Positions 25,071-39,755 of a stretch of 64,000 nucleotides of DNA are shown here, in pieces (the stretch's first letter is position 1; the number at the start of each line of letters is the position of its first letter). This DNA comes from the human T2T-CHM13v2.0 reference genome, Homo sapiens. The position numbers and the translations under genes are program-made. The notes beneath the pieces were generated by a model that worked only from the letters and a program-made list of their open reading frames with translations, was not told where the DNA came from and ran no database searches. The stretch lies in the NCBI RefSeq assembly GCF_009914755.1, contig NC_060926.1; one strand, 5' to 3'.

Positions 25071-26434
25071 TATAATAAATTACAAATAAAATATAATAAC
25101 CTGCTAATTTTTTGACAATTGAATTTAAACAGAACAGTATCATCGATTATATAATTGAAATAATGTTATTACTTCTCTCCATCAACAAATTAGCAGAAGA
25201 AAATGTATGATTTTCTTTTTCTTCACAATAAAACATGGTAGGAAATTTAGTTGCCAGAAGCAACAGGAGCCCCTCAGAAGGTTCAAAAACTCTTGAGATA
25301 AGCTACAATGGATCCTTGAAGAAAAGAAAAATGTTTACTTCAAGAGATATTTGGAAAGTTATACTACTTAACTGCAATGATCAAGATTGTAGAAGATTAA
25401 CCAAAGGGCAAAGAACCTTCCTTAGTGAAGTGGCTTATTATATATTATAAATAGCTAGAGAGAACAATGTATCTACAAGGTCAAAGAGGATATATTATGT
25501 CTATGGAAATAATAAGTATAATTTATGAATTTAATTCATTAATGTTGTAAATAGTATTGCCCGAGAATTGGTAGGCCTAGAGACTACATTGTGAGATCTG
25601 CTATTTAAGTTTCTTTCTTGGTCAGCAGAACATCTAAGTGACACCATTTTTGTATTTAGTACCAGTTCTTCTGAGGAAATACTGAGCCTCATACCTGCTC
25701 TTTCAAATATATAGTACTCACTTCCCTCGGTTTTGTGAGGGAGCATCCCTTTTGGTTGCAGAAAATGAATGTAACAACTCTGCTACCCTTCCTTTATTGT
25801 GTGAAAAATGGTATTATGAGACAGAAAATATATATAATGCAGTTTATATAGTAAAAAACATGGCAGAGTCTCCAAAGGATACATAACAACTCCTATATTC
25901 TTGCAGATACACTGAGAATACATATTTTTTCTGGAAAAACAGCCCATGAAATGTTGAGTCTTTAGTAATTAGCTGACATATAAAGTACTTCATACAAGTG
26001 AGATTCTTATATAGTGTATAATTATTTGTTGTTTATGGTTCTGATTGTAGGTTCTGAAAGAACAGACACAGTTTCAAATCGTATCTTATAAGCCGTAGTT
26101 CCTTAGAAAAATTATTGAATTATTTTCTGAGGTTCAGTTTTCTCTTCATTTAATAATACGTATTTCTTAAGTTAAAACATGAAAGGCAAGACTGGTAAAA
26201 AGTAATTTCTAAAAATTATTGATCTCCTTCTTTGCCACCCTGGTTCTTTATACATCCACTACCCACATGAAATGTTGAAAATGGCTGATGAGTAGTTGTG
26301 AAATAATTGAATAGATCCACAAATCACATAAATAAGAAAACTATTTTCAAATTTTTATGGCTGAAGAGTTTAAAATTACATCAAATATCATTAAACCATA
26401 TGTCAGTGATCCTCCTGGATGACTTGGTTGCCAC

Positions 26435-26480
26435 ATCTCTCTCTCACACACACACGCACACACACTCACACACACACACT
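26435..26480. repeat. (CT)n(CA)n microsatellite
   Basis: Directly visible. Confidence 0.95.
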
Positions 26481-26689
26481 CAGAATATTTTTTTTCTCTA
26501 AATTAGTTTCAGCTTTTTAAGGACAAATAATAATTTGTGTTATTTTTATACTTGAGTTAATTACATTTATCTGACAAATATGAAGACTTTGTAAGCCGGC
26601 AATTTTTTCTTCCATTCTCTTACTAAGTTGTATTGTTTGTTAATTATTTCAGTGATGGTCTGTGGCTTTTAAACTATACTAATGTTTGT

Positions 26690-27560
26690 TCATATGAAAA
26701 TTCATTTATTTTTCACTAAGTTTTTAATGATAGCTTAGCAGTGTTAAAATTCTAGCTTAACACTTATTTTTGTGAAGCATTTTGAAGATTTTTCTGCCTA
26801 ATTTTCTGAAAGTGTTAGTATTGCCTAAGAAGTCTTTTGTCAGCCTAATTGCTATTCCTTTCTATATAAATATGCTTTTTCTGTCTGATAGCTCTATTTT
26901 TTTCTGTTTATTCTGAATGTTATGTACTATCAGCCCAATGTATTTAATTGTTGGTTTGATTTAATTAACCTTTCCAGTACATGGTTTGTATCTTTAATCA
27001 GAGTACCCCAGTTATTATATTTCTAGGAAATTCTCACTTTTCCCTAAAAAATAGAGCTTCCCCATTATGCCCTTTATTTTATTTTTTTTCTGGAACTTTA
27101 TTAAGACACATGTTAGAGCCTGTCAGTTTCAGAGCGATGCCTATTGATGGCTCAGACATGGTTTTATTCCTTTTCTTCTCTATATTCTGGGAGATATACC
27201 ATATTTTAGTTCTTGGATTCCCTATTTGACTGTGATGTTCTTAGATATTGCAGTGTCTAGTGAGTTATTTAAATGACTACATATATTTTTATTTATGAAG
27301 ATTTAACATTTTCACTTACTAGTCTATGCCTTTTTAATACAATTCAATATTTTCTTATTTGTATGGATGTTATATTTTTCTTTATCTCTTTGTGGACTCT
27401 AAATTTACTTATTTTAAACCATTCTATATTGCACTCATATGTCTTTTAGAGTAAAGACATCTTCTATTGTTTATTTATTGAGTGTTTTTCTTTAATTTTG
27501 ATTATTCTTGTTGGATTTTAGTATATTTGTTATAGATTCATCTTGAATGGATGGGTGTCT
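26690..27560 (-). mobile_element. Very old L1M fragment (ORF1-region-like)
   Basis: T-rich strand bias with L1M-like motifs (gaagtct..tgtcagcctaatt, ttctaggaaattctca, tttctggaact..att). Highly diverged. Confidence 0.45.
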
Positions 27561-28009
27561 ATGTGTGCATTTGCCCTCTCTCTTCCCAGCTCTCTTCCTC
27601 TTTGCCTAGTGGACTTGCTTTCATCTTACCCATTATAGTTCTCAATCTAACCAGGTTATAGCATCTACCTGGGGCTTCTTTTCTGCAGCAATATTAGAGG
27701 TATTACAGATTTAATATCCAACCAATAATCTATTTGTTCAGGTAGTAATTATGGATGTAGAACTGGTTTGCCTGCCTGAAGTGATCACGTTCATACAATA
27801 AGTTAGGGCCCCAAGCAGTAATCAGTTCAGGCTTTTGAGCTTTTTTCTTGGACAAGGTGTGCCACCTAAAGTTTTGTTTTGAATCAATGAGCCCAGTTGC
27901 TTTTACTCACCATCTGTGTAGACATTATGTTTGCCTCTCTCTATCCACTTTCATCATGTCTGCTCTTATTCAAGGAAACTAATCTGTTTAGAACCTTTCA
28001 ATAGTTTTA

Positions 28010-28400
28010 TTTATCTTCTGACTACTGTCTGGGTTGAATCATAGAGAACTCTAGCCAGGGACCAGTGGGAAGAAGTAGAGAGAGGCTGAATTATTTATTG
28101 CTGTGGATTCTTTCTTGAGTAGTTACAAGAGACTGGGGAGTCCCTGCAGGTAGATTGGCTTTGTATCTCCACTGAAGTGACCTCCTTTGTATTATATGGA
28201 CCTATCTTTTTAGGTTTTGGTATTTATGGTTCTCCTCTATTCCCTAGAGTCTGGAGTGATTAACGGCATTCCTCTGGGGTACAGCAGAAGCCCTAGTGCT
28301 TTCTCAATATTCAGGAACACTTTGGTAATTAGTCCCTTTATTAAACTTGATATTTATTGAATAAAGTTGAATTATTTTGATATCCATATGCTGCCACTGT
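28010..28400. mobile_element. Old ERVL LTR remnant (LTR33-like)
   Basis: ccagggaccagtgggaagaagtagagagaggctgaattatttatt and tttggtaattagtccctttattaaact resemble LTR33. Confidence 0.45.
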
Positions 28401-29367
28401 TTTGTCAATTGATTGATAAGCCATCTTTGCAGAGCCACATTGGCCTCCCTTGCTTAATTGTGAACCAGTAGTCCCACTTGTCTGTGTCTTCAGATTCACA
28501 AATCTCTTTGCTGTTTTCTCCCATTTCAGTCCAATGAAATGTTTAATTCAGATTATGAGATTTACCATAGTGTGTTATTGTTCTTTTTCTAAAATAATGC
28601 ATCATTCATTGCTAAGTGCTTTGAGCAGGGGTAGAGTAAATCAGTTGTTTATAAGATGAACTTAAAATGTTATATGGACTGATGTCTTGGTTCTCTTCAC
28701 TTACACAGTACTAAAGTTTTCAGAACAGGGGAAGCTTAAATGCTGCACCTGTGAGCTGTGTGTCAAACTTTCAAATTATCTAAGACACTGTTTGAAGGAG
28801 TGAAAATTAAACTAGTTCATGAAAGCTAGACTCAGTGATGGTACTAGAATTTCTGAAACAGCATGGGAAGAGCAGAAGTATGAAGATAAATAAAGGCTAC
28901 TTTTGTACTATCTTTGCTTATTGCATATGTTTTATGCTCTATGGTCCTAACAGTTTCAGAAGTTAAAAAAATAAAGAAAAATGAGAAACTGTAGATGACT
29001 TGGACCATGAGTCCAGAATCTTGCAGAAGAAACTGGAGAGGTCCTCAGAGAGATGACTGATCCACTGACAATTATTAGGCTATTTCTATAATATCCTTGC
29101 TTGCTCTGAGTATCCCATGCCCTACGTTTCTAACAGCTTATCATTTAAAATTAGTATTAGTGGAAATTTGTTCCCAGATACATATATCCTAACAACATCA
29201 CTGACCTTTTATTTGAATAAGTTGTTTTGTGATGAAATTATAAAATATGTTAGCATTCATAAAAATCTCTGGATTCTAGATGACTACCAGAAATTTAACC
29301 TTTTAAAATTTATTACATTTACTTTTTGAATTTCAGTTGCATAGTAGTTTTGTGAGAACAAGAATGA

Positions 29368-29718
<351 letters not shown>

Positions 29719-29759
29719 GAGTTTATAAATCTCATCATAGGAAAAGCAAGAAAATTACA

Positions 29760-29892
29760 GAAAAAAAAGATGAAGGAAAGAAAGGAGAAAAGAAAAAAAT
29801 GAAATAAAAGAAGGAGGAAGGGAAGAGGGTATGAAAAGATGAGAAGGAAACAAAAAGGGAGGGATGAAGATAAGGAAAGGGGAAAAGCCAGA
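29760..29892 (+). repeat. Purine-rich (GA-rich) low-complexity tract
   Basis: About 130 bp composed almost only of A and G. Confidence 0.85.
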
Positions 29893-32259
29893 GGCAACCT
29901 AATTATCATGTTCCTACATTTTTCCAAAAAAGGGATAGACATTGCTTGTGTTTGATATTCAAATGTGTTTAATAACCCATCATTTTGTATGCTTTGCAAT
30001 TATCCTACAGCTGCCCCTTCTCAATGTTTGGAACCTCCATAGTATCCATATAGCTTTTGTCTTTAATTCATGTATCTGTGTTGCAATTCAAGTTACACAT
30101 TTACCATATCTTGATTATCCAATTACCAAGAAAGCTTTGCTGAAATCAGATTCAGCTTTGATGAAGCTTATTTAGAATAAATATTGCTTGCTGGAGCACC
30201 TAATTGTCCAAGGCCTGTGAGATTTGACAGTATCCTGTTCACTGAAAAATTGCACTGCAGCAGGAAAGAGGGTACAATAAGTATTGATTTATTTTGTGCA
30301 TAGAACTTGTTTTGCCACAGCTTGTGAATTGCCTCATGAGCTGACAATCTATTAAGTATTGCTTTGTGTGTCTCTTCCTTCATTATTGCTTCTTTTATTG
30401 CTTTATGTTTTACTACCATTAAAATAGACTACCAAAGAAAAACGGGCAAAGGGAAAACTATTGTGGTAGCACCACAATTTGTAGGAAAATAAATGACTTT
30501 ATTAGGTAAAACTGGATTTCTGCCACTACTTCCAAGGACAGACTTTAAAGAAAACTTAAAAGGATTATATTGAAATGTCTTATAGCAAAGTAGGTAATAG
30601 AATGAATAATTCCATTCTAAAAATCAATAGTTTGACTTTGACATTTTATGTTACTCACAAATAATAAACTATCTCACCCGCTAGTGAAATTGTTGCAGTT
30701 TTATTCATTTTTTCATGTTGGTTCTGAATTTTTTATGTGTAAATGCAGAGACACATTTAAAATTTAACTCTCACCATTTTCAAATGGCAAGTTTTTTTAT
30801 TGTAAGAAACTTGAAGATTTAAAATAATTTGTTATGACTTTGGTGTCTGTTCCTCATTTCTCTGTACTGTTTCATCGCAGTGCAACAGTTTAATGTTAAA
30901 AAATATTAAATATTACATTGTAGAAATTTAAAATATTTATGTCATTATCCCTCTTTTCTTTTAATTGGTTGGCTTCAGACTCATCTTGACTTAAAGTTGT
31001 GGAAACTAATAATCTTAAAGCATAAGAGAATAAACATAATATTCAAATTTGCTTACAAGGACTAGAAGAAGATGTATTACTATGACATATGAAGGCTTGT
31101 AAATGAAGAAACACAAGCAGAAAATCACAAATAAAAAAGAGAACATGATTTTTTGCAAAACAACATAATGACATAGGGAATCAAGAGACAAAATTTGAAA
31201 GAAAATTAACTCTACATTATAAATAATAGTGAAACTTGAGATTGTGTGAAACTAATTTATTGATACCTAGGAATAATGAGAGGGTAGAAGTATAAAATGA
31301 AGAGGATAAGGGAAAGGAGAGGAAGAGGAGAAGAAAAACAGTAGGATGGGATGGGCATCACTGGAGGATATATAAGTGTGAAGGAAAAAGAATGTTGATT
31401 CAACTTAAAAATTACATGTTTTTCTGAATTAGAGACCAGAATACAGGAATACAGATAATATAAAGAAAAATTATTTTAAAATTTTCCAAGTCTAAAAAAG
31501 TAGAATTATAAAATGTGAACAACTCACTGTTAAAAAAAGTAAAATTCCATGTCAACAACTTTTTAATTAAAATAATAAAGAAAAAGAAACAGTCTTATAA
31601 ATGTCTTCCTAAAGTTTACTTATTAATTGATGAACATAAAATAATGTCAGTGGTCCATACCTACACACCAGATAAAGTCATACATTAATCTGTTAAATCT
31701 TATATATGCCTTAGTTATGTATATACGTATGTGCGTGAACATGGCTGTACATGCACATAAATACATGGATGTATGTATTTATGTAAGTATGTACTGTGCA
31801 TGTATGAGTGTTTTGTGTTTAGTTATGAATGTATATATAGATGTAGATGCATGTGTATACCTACCTATGTGTATTCACACAAAGAGACGTATGTTCACAC
31901 ACACATATATATTAGGAACATGCATGCGTATTGAAAGCATTGAACATATATTTTTCATATTATTGTTATTACTAATCCTATTATGACTATCTTAAAGTAC
32001 TATTTTTACAACTACTGCTGTTATTGTCATATCTCCACAATATAAAGCAATAAATTTGACTTACTTTTGTGCACAGGTTTGTTTTTTACAAAATCATATG
32101 CATCAAACCCTAGCATTATTACATATTACAATGATATATTTTATTTAATTTTCTTGCATATGTTTGATAATTCTTTTTAAATAAACGGTAAGTTAAATCA
32201 CTGCATGTAGAGCAAAACCTGAGATACCTAGATTGTTTTGTTATGTATAAAATCTAAAA

Positions 32260-32495
32260 ATGTTTGAACCTTACTGTGTGCCAGATACTACTGGGACTAT
32301 TTTTTATTTCTATTAACTCACTGAATTCTCACAATAACGCTATTAAATAGATACTTTTTAAATTTTCATTTTGTGGAAGAAGTGAGGCACGGAGATATTT
32401 AATAATATTCTGATGGTCTCATAGCTAGTAAGTGAAAAACAAAATCAGATCTCCAACATAGTACCTTGTTTGCAGCATCTGTATTCTGCCCCTAC
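32260..32495 (-). mobile_element. MIR remnant
   Basis: ttactgtgtgccagatact...aattctcacaataac...cattttgtggaagaa.tgaggcacggaga...tctcatagctagtaagtg. Confidence 0.65.
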
Positions 32496-33799
32496 TATTC
32501 CTGTCATTTCTTTTTTCATTGGATGAAATACTTTCCACACTAGTGAACACAAGAAAAATATATTATCATTGAACTAGATAAGCTTATATACATTTTAATG
32601 TATGTACTAACCTCAATTGTTTATTTTCTTGTTTGGTTATCAAAACATTAAGAACATTTATTAAAAAAAATTCAGTAACTCAGTAATGAAAATACCACAA
32701 AGAGGGATAATATGTATATTTATGACTTCTACTCACATTACTTACAGAATTATTTTCACATTTACATGAAAGTAACCAAATCATGTTGGCCATAGCCATT
32801 ATAATGATTTTTCATAAAGAATTCAGTTTATTAACTAAAACTGATATAATTCTATCCCCTGAGATTGAGTGGGAATTCCATTTTAATGAAAATATACTGA
32901 GGACAATATGTCAAGTAAAGTTTATTGTTATATTAAATATTCTACAGTGAATATATGAATTATTTAGCTAGGATATAGATATCTTGCTTCACTTTTTTTT
33001 TTTCCAAATCTTAAAAGTCAAACATTAGAAATATGTTTGAAAATATTTAAAAAGCATTAATCACACACACTCACACACATATGCATACACACACACTCTA
33101 TTCTGGATTTTGTATATTTGTAAAAAATAGTTTAACATATTATCAAGGTTGAAAATATATTTTAATTTACAATATTAGGTTGATAATTGAATCTAAGTTA
33201 ATAAAGACTGAACAAATTGATGAAGACATTATTAAAATAAAATAATTTTGTATTATATGTTAATAATTTCCACTACAATATCATATACAATATGAGTATT
33301 TTTGTGAGATCCCATAGGCAACAGTATAAATATAATGTTTTTTCTGAAAGCTGTTTGTAGCACTGTGTATTCTATAATCTATTAATAAAAATGCCAGTTA
33401 TATTTTAATATGACCATAGTTTACTGGTTAATCTGCACCCACAATGCTCTAGGAGATCAATAGTATCTTGAACTTTACAGGACCACACTGTAGTGTTCTA
33501 TGACCTTTTAGACTTCTGAAGTGGACTATGTTCAGTACATCTTACATTAAAAAACAAAACTGTTAAATAACTGTCTACTTCTACTAAAAATATAAATGTA
33601 AATAGGTTCAACATAAATAAATTTTATTAAAAAAATATTTATTTAACTTTACTCTTCATTTTGTTTGAAAGTATTATTCAGGATCAGGTAAATCTATTAT
33701 ATTTGGAGTTAAAAACATTGAACTTTTCAAGAACATTGTACTAAAGCAGTAGAACAAAAAAGAAAAAAAACATTTATTTTTTCCCTATTATTATCAGAT

Positions 33800-34190
33800 A
33801 TACTTGTTCTGATGATTTCAGCTACAAATAATAGAAACACGGAATCAATGTGCTTAAACTGTATAGGATTTATCATCACACATAACAGAAATCTGAGGAT
33901 TTAGAAAGGTTTCAGGTAGTTGATTCAAGAGATATAATCAACAATACAATTTTTTTCTAGGTTGTCATTCTTGATGTTGATTGTCGTCATCACATCCAGG
34001 CCATATAGTAATATCTAGAGGATAAAGAGAGATCATTTCCTCCTGTTTATGGCTGACTCACTGTCACTATTTCCTTGGTCAGAATTGGGTAAATTGCTCA
34101 ATTCTTGGGAAGAGAAATGAGATTACCATGAGTGGTGTAGACAGTACACGGTCATCTGAGATAGAACAGATCTTGAAAATTATCTACAAT
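33800..34190. mobile_element. Old MLT1 (J/K/L-like) LTR remnant
   Basis: tttcagctacaaataatagaaac...ttaaac...ttggtcagaattgggt...ctacaa. Similar layout to 55253-55840. Confidence 0.45.
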
Positions 34191-36010
34191 GTCAATAATA
34201 CTGAGTCTACTCAAAACTAGACAAATAGAAAAAATATGAATTCCAACTGGCTATATTTAGGGCATAAATTGATCTAATGACTCATATAATTTATAACATC
34301 AAGGTATTAAAAGTTCAGAATATAACCCCAAATCTTTGTCTATATATTTTAAGTAATAGTTATTATTATTTAAGAACAAAATCACTGCTGTAAGTAATAT
34401 CAAAGTTATATTACTAACTCAATGTTCAAAATGATTTAAAAGAAAGCACATTGCAGTGGGAGAAATGCCTTCCTCAACTTTGAGCTCTCTTTAAATTCTA
34501 TATTTATTGCTATTATACTGATAAATCAGCTTTAAAATTATATAATTTTTATCCTGTTTCTATTGGAATTCGGTCCCACCACAGGCTTGCATGAGTTTAC
34601 AACCTAGTGAGTTAGTCCAGGCTGTAATGTTAAATAATTTACACTATCTGACTATCATATCCACTGGTTTTAACCCAGTGGTTAACATCTTAACCTTTTA
34701 ACATCTTAGAAGGTCTGAAGATCTGGATATTTATTTTTTAAAAGGTCAGAAGCACAGTAATAATTAATTAGTTAGTGAATTAATTTAACCACAGATTTGA
34801 CTCATTTTCACTGTTGTTTTAATATATCTCCATATACTTTGAAGTTATATGTATTTTATAACTTTCGAGAGCATTATTTCTTTAAAACAGTGTAAGTGGT
34901 TATATATTATAATACTTAAGAAGAAAACTTTTATGTGGTTTAATATAATTTTGAAGTAGTCAGCTAATCATGTGAGTGATTTTTTATTGCAGGCATTCTG
35001 AAAACCAGACAGTGTGCTATACTGGTATTTCCAGTATTGATATTCAAAACCGAATTAAGTTTAATATAGGAATGATTTTCTGTATTATCATGCTTATTTT
35101 TATATCAAGTCTATTTCCTACTATCCACTTTTTCTGATTAACTTAGAAATGCTTTCTGCTGAAAAGTCACCGTAGCAACTTTGCAATATTTAAATGTACT
35201 TGAAAGACATAAGAGAACAAGGAACACATGCCTGACTTTTTCAAGCTAAATGTCCTGATTTGGGGACAGATTGAAAGAAATGAATAGTCAACAGAGATAC
35301 AGGATGATGCCGGAGAAAAGCATTTGCATTGCTTTTCTTGATTTAAGCCTACAATTACCAAATAATAATCTTCTACCTAAGTATAGCCCACCTCAAAAGC
35401 CAAGGATAAATGTGTTGTCAAGAAAAACAATGAACACAATATTAACATGAACTAATGGGTGCTGAATGCTACAGACATACCAAAATGTATGTGTAACACT
35501 ATATACTGAAGAGGAATAGGATGGAAACAGTTGAGGGGGATCTCAGTGATATTCAGGAGAATGCAGACAGAAAAAATATCTTAGTGTATTCTTACAGATT
35601 CAAATATCAAAGTACAGAGATATGATAAACACAAAATACATTTAAAATATGGAAACAAACCATACATATTATTATAAATATATAGTGAGACTCGGTTATA
35701 AAATACCTGACTTTAATGTAATAATAAAAAAATAAAAGAAACATGTCTAGTGACAAGACAAAGTAGTAGAATTCCATTGTAGAAATTTGTACTGTTAATT
35801 GGCAATTAATGAATCCCACAGAATAGAATGTGGATTAAGATGTTGAACGTAGATTCAGACAAAAAATAAATTAGGTGAAATGTATTTACTTAGAGGAATG
35901 TGCTATAGATCACTGGGTTAGGTGGAAGATGTGGATGATGTTTTCATAATCCAAAGATACAATAACACAAAATACAAATGTAACTAATAGACAAGGTAGA
36001 TGGGTCATTG

Positions 36011-37955
36011 CGATGGCAGCGGGGACCCATTTGTAGCAGCCATTGCAAAGATGCCAGCTGTAAGTGGGGAGGCATGACCAGGGATGCATGCTCCATGGAG
36101 CTGGAGGGAGCTGGGGACAGGTGGAGCCCCACCCCTTATGAGTTGGTGGGGCAGGAGCCCCACCCTCCCCGGTGCAGCTACTACTGCCCAGCCACTACTG
36201 TGGACCTGGACATCTCTGCACTCCTGGGGGCTCAGGAAACCTCTGCCTCCACAGGCTTGGAAGTGCCTGCTCTCGCTATCTGTCCTCTCCCCACTCCTTA
36301 GGCCTGCTCTGATTTCAGAGCAAAGTTGAGGCCAAGCCTGGGCACTGTTGCAGCCTGGCTCAGTGTGCACTCACTTGGGGCAGTGCTGACATGACAGCTC
36401 CCTATTGTCTCAGCATCCTCCAGAATTTGGGCCCCGATGAGCATGGGAAGAAGGTAGAGAAGGGGCTAAGGGTGGCTTGTCATGGGCTGGGAGGCTCCCC
36501 TTGGCAAGAACAGTCTGGGCTCCATGGGCACTGTAGATGGCAGGTTAATGGCGGCAGGGAGCAGATGGGCTCCTGGGCAGAAAGGTGTGAGTTCCCAGTG
36601 AAACCCCACCTCTAGGCCAGGGAAGGCCTGAGCTGGGCTGCCAGTTCCCAGGCCCAGAGTAAGAACTTATGGTGCTTTTTCTGGGCCTGCTCATGGCCAC
36701 TCATGGACCAATCAGCACACACTTTTTCACCTCTGAAGCCCATAAAAGCTCCAGATTCAGCCAAACTTGGGAGATGACCTGAAGACCTGCCTTTGGAGAG
36801 GAGCTACCCACTGTGGGTCTCCTGTCTGCTGAGAGCTGAACAGACATCAGGAGGACCTTCCTTTGGAGAGAACTACCCACTGTGGGTCTTCTGTCTGACA
36901 AGAGCTGAACAGATGGGATGACCTACCTGCGGAGAAGAGCTACCCACTGCGGGTCTCCTCTCTGCTGAGAGCTGAACAGATGTGGGGAGGACTTGCCTAT
37001 GGAGAGGAGCTACCCACTGTGGGTCTCCTCTCTGCTGAGAACTGAACAGATGTCGGGAGGTCTTGCCTGTGGAGAGGAACTACCCACTGTGCATCTTCTC
37101 TCTGCTGATTGCTGAACAGATGGGATGACCTGCCTGTGGGAAGAGCTACCCACTATGGGTCTCCTCACTGCTGAGATCTGAACAGACACTGGGACAACTT
37201 TCCCATGCAAAAGAGCCACCTGCCTGCAGAAAAGACTGTGCATCTCTTCTCTGCTGAAAGCTGGACAATCATCAGAATGATGTTCCTGTGGAAAGGAGCT
37301 AACACTTGCAGGTCACCGCTGAGCTGTATTGTCACTCAATAAAACACCTCTTTGTCTTGCTCAACCTTTACTTGTCCATGTTCCTCATTATTCCTGGATG
37401 TGGGACAATAACTTGGGACCCACTGAATGGCAGGGCTGAAAGAACTGTAACATGAACAGGGCTGAAACATGTTCCTTGCTTGCCATGTGGCAGGAGATGA
37501 GAAGGAGAGAAGAGCTGTGGTTCTTCAGGGAGCTTAGACCTAGGAGCTCCCCCAAGCCAGGGCTGTGACAACCACTTTGGGGCTCTGCAGTTGCTGGCAT
37601 CTACAAGCAACCAGGCATCACTGTGCCAGCAGTGGAAGCTGCTTGCAGTGTGCCTGGTCCAGCTGCAGCCTCATAGGGAGCCTGCACCTGTGCTGGCACC
37701 TGGAGCTGACCATCCCACCACAGCTAGCATGCCTGGCTGGACCCCACGCTCACTCGCTCACATACCCCTTGCTGCTATGTTCCTGGCTTGCCCTTGGAAG
37801 GTGCAAGATCCAGGGCAGTAGCACAAGCCTGAATGCAGGCTGCCTGGCTGAGTGGGTGGAATGAGCCCAGTGGGCCCAGGCAAAACTCAGGCAAAGTCAC
37901 CACTGGCCACAGAGGTTCCCAGATGGAAAAGTGACATCCTGAGGATCCCATGACA
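36011..37955 (+). mobile_element. Full-length MER52-family LTR with expanded internal tandem array
   Basis: Starts (c)GATGGCAGCGGGG and ends GGATCCCATGACA. CATAAAA TATA-like box ~36741; CAATAAAA ~37337. Confidence 0.88.
36785..37325 (+). repeat. Tandem array of ~8 units of 66-70 bp inside the MER52 LTR
   Basis: Unit acctgcctgtggagaggagctacccactgtgggtctcctctctgctgagagctgaacagat.. starts at ~36785, 36855, 36921, 36991, 37061 and 37128, followed by two degenerate units. Confidence 0.9.
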
Positions 37956-38330
37956 AGGAGAGACTTCAAGAGCCTACACTATGCCACAAAAAAAATCCCA
38001 CTAAAAGCAGATTGTAAGAAAAATATTAAAAGATTCTTATGTTACCAAACAAAAAAGACAGCCCCAATGATGCTAGGACTTTGAATTAATTTCTGCCTAA
38101 CCAGAAAGAGCTGATATCAAAGTGACATTATTCTTGTGCAAAAGTAGCATACTGTCGGTGGATCTATGGGGAGTGCATGGTCTATAGAGAATTTAAAAAT
38201 AATAATATAGCAACTAAAAACAGGTCTGAGTTTTAATATGACCATATGCCAGGAATTCTGAACAATGTCAATAACAAACTCCTCCAATTATCATTTATTG
38301 GTTTAAGTTCTAAGCAATTGCTGCTCTTAC

Positions 38331-39015
38331 TGATGGCATCCGCAGCCTGTCTGGTGCAGTCACTGCAGGGATGCCAGCTTCAACAGGGGAAGTGCAGCCC
38401 GGACTGTGCACTCCATATAGCTAGCAGGGGCCAGGAACAGGAGGGAGTCCCACCTTCTACTGAATTAAAGGGGCAGGAGCCCCATGCTTCCCAACACAAA
38501 TGCAGCTGCCCAGATGTGGCTCTGGACCCAGGCATCCCTGTGCTCTCAGGAAGCCCCTCCATGCCCTCACAGGCTCCAAAGTGCCTGCTCTCGCTCCCTG
38601 GCCTCTACTCACTCCTGGCACCTGATCCAATTTCGGAGCACATATTAAGCCAAGTCGGAGTGCTGTTGTGACCCAGACACATGTGTGCATGCTTAGGGCA
38701 GCACAGACACGACAGCACCCCCTGCCGCCTCAGCCCCCTCTGAAACTTTGGGCACCAACAAGCTTAGGGAGGGAGACCAGTGAGGGCTGAGTCTTCGCAT
38801 GGGCCTGCAGTCAGCTCATGGCATGAACAGCCTGGGTGCCATGGGTGGAGTGTTGATGGCAGGAGGCAGACACATTCCTGTGTTGAAAGGGGTGGGCCCT
38901 GCCAGGCAAAGTGGGCAGAACAAGCCCGGAGGGTGTCAGCAATGCTCAGACAGAAGGCACCAGTGGCCAAAGAGGTTTCCAGCTGGTGAAGTGACATCTC
39001 AAGGACCCCATTACG
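38331..39015 (+). mobile_element. MER52-family LTR with large internal deletion
   Basis: Starts TGATGGCATC and ends ggaccccattacg. Probable TSD ttac/ttat. The 5' part is joined directly to the 3' terminal ~110 bp. Confidence 0.82.
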
Positions 39016-39463
39016 TTATGGTTGAGTATTGATAATATGTATTTAATCTTTAAGTAGTATATATTAATTATTTATATTTTAGTAATCATTTTACGTGGAT
39101 GTTAATTTGGAGTACTTCCAGTTATACAATCAGCCCTTGACATGGGTAGAATTAGCTACATTTGATTTTTTTTGTGACTTTTTTTTGCTTGAGAATTAAT
39201 TCATGTGGTAGAAGATGTCTTTCGAGACGCAGATGATGTCTCCAACCCTTGTGGCACTGCATACTCCTTCATTAAAATAACAGATTGTAAATAGGCAATT
39301 GTAGTACAGTGATTTTACAGATGGGAAAAACAAACAAAATGAATTATTTAACTCTGTCATTCGATATGCAAATCAATCTGAATTTTGTGGCGTTTACTCT
39401 TATTGAAGCATTTTCTCATGGGTTTCTACCCCCGGTAAGTTAGATTAATGTAATTAAACTTCG

Positions 39464-39755
<292 letters not shown>

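Noticed and set aside
34661-34681. Short hairpin ccactgg-N7-ccagtgg
   Set aside because: A 7-bp stem is expected by chance in 64 kb.
36785-37325. Regularly spaced repeats resembling a CRISPR array
   Set aside because: The units are contiguous with no unique spacers, sit inside a primate LTR, and no cas genes are present.
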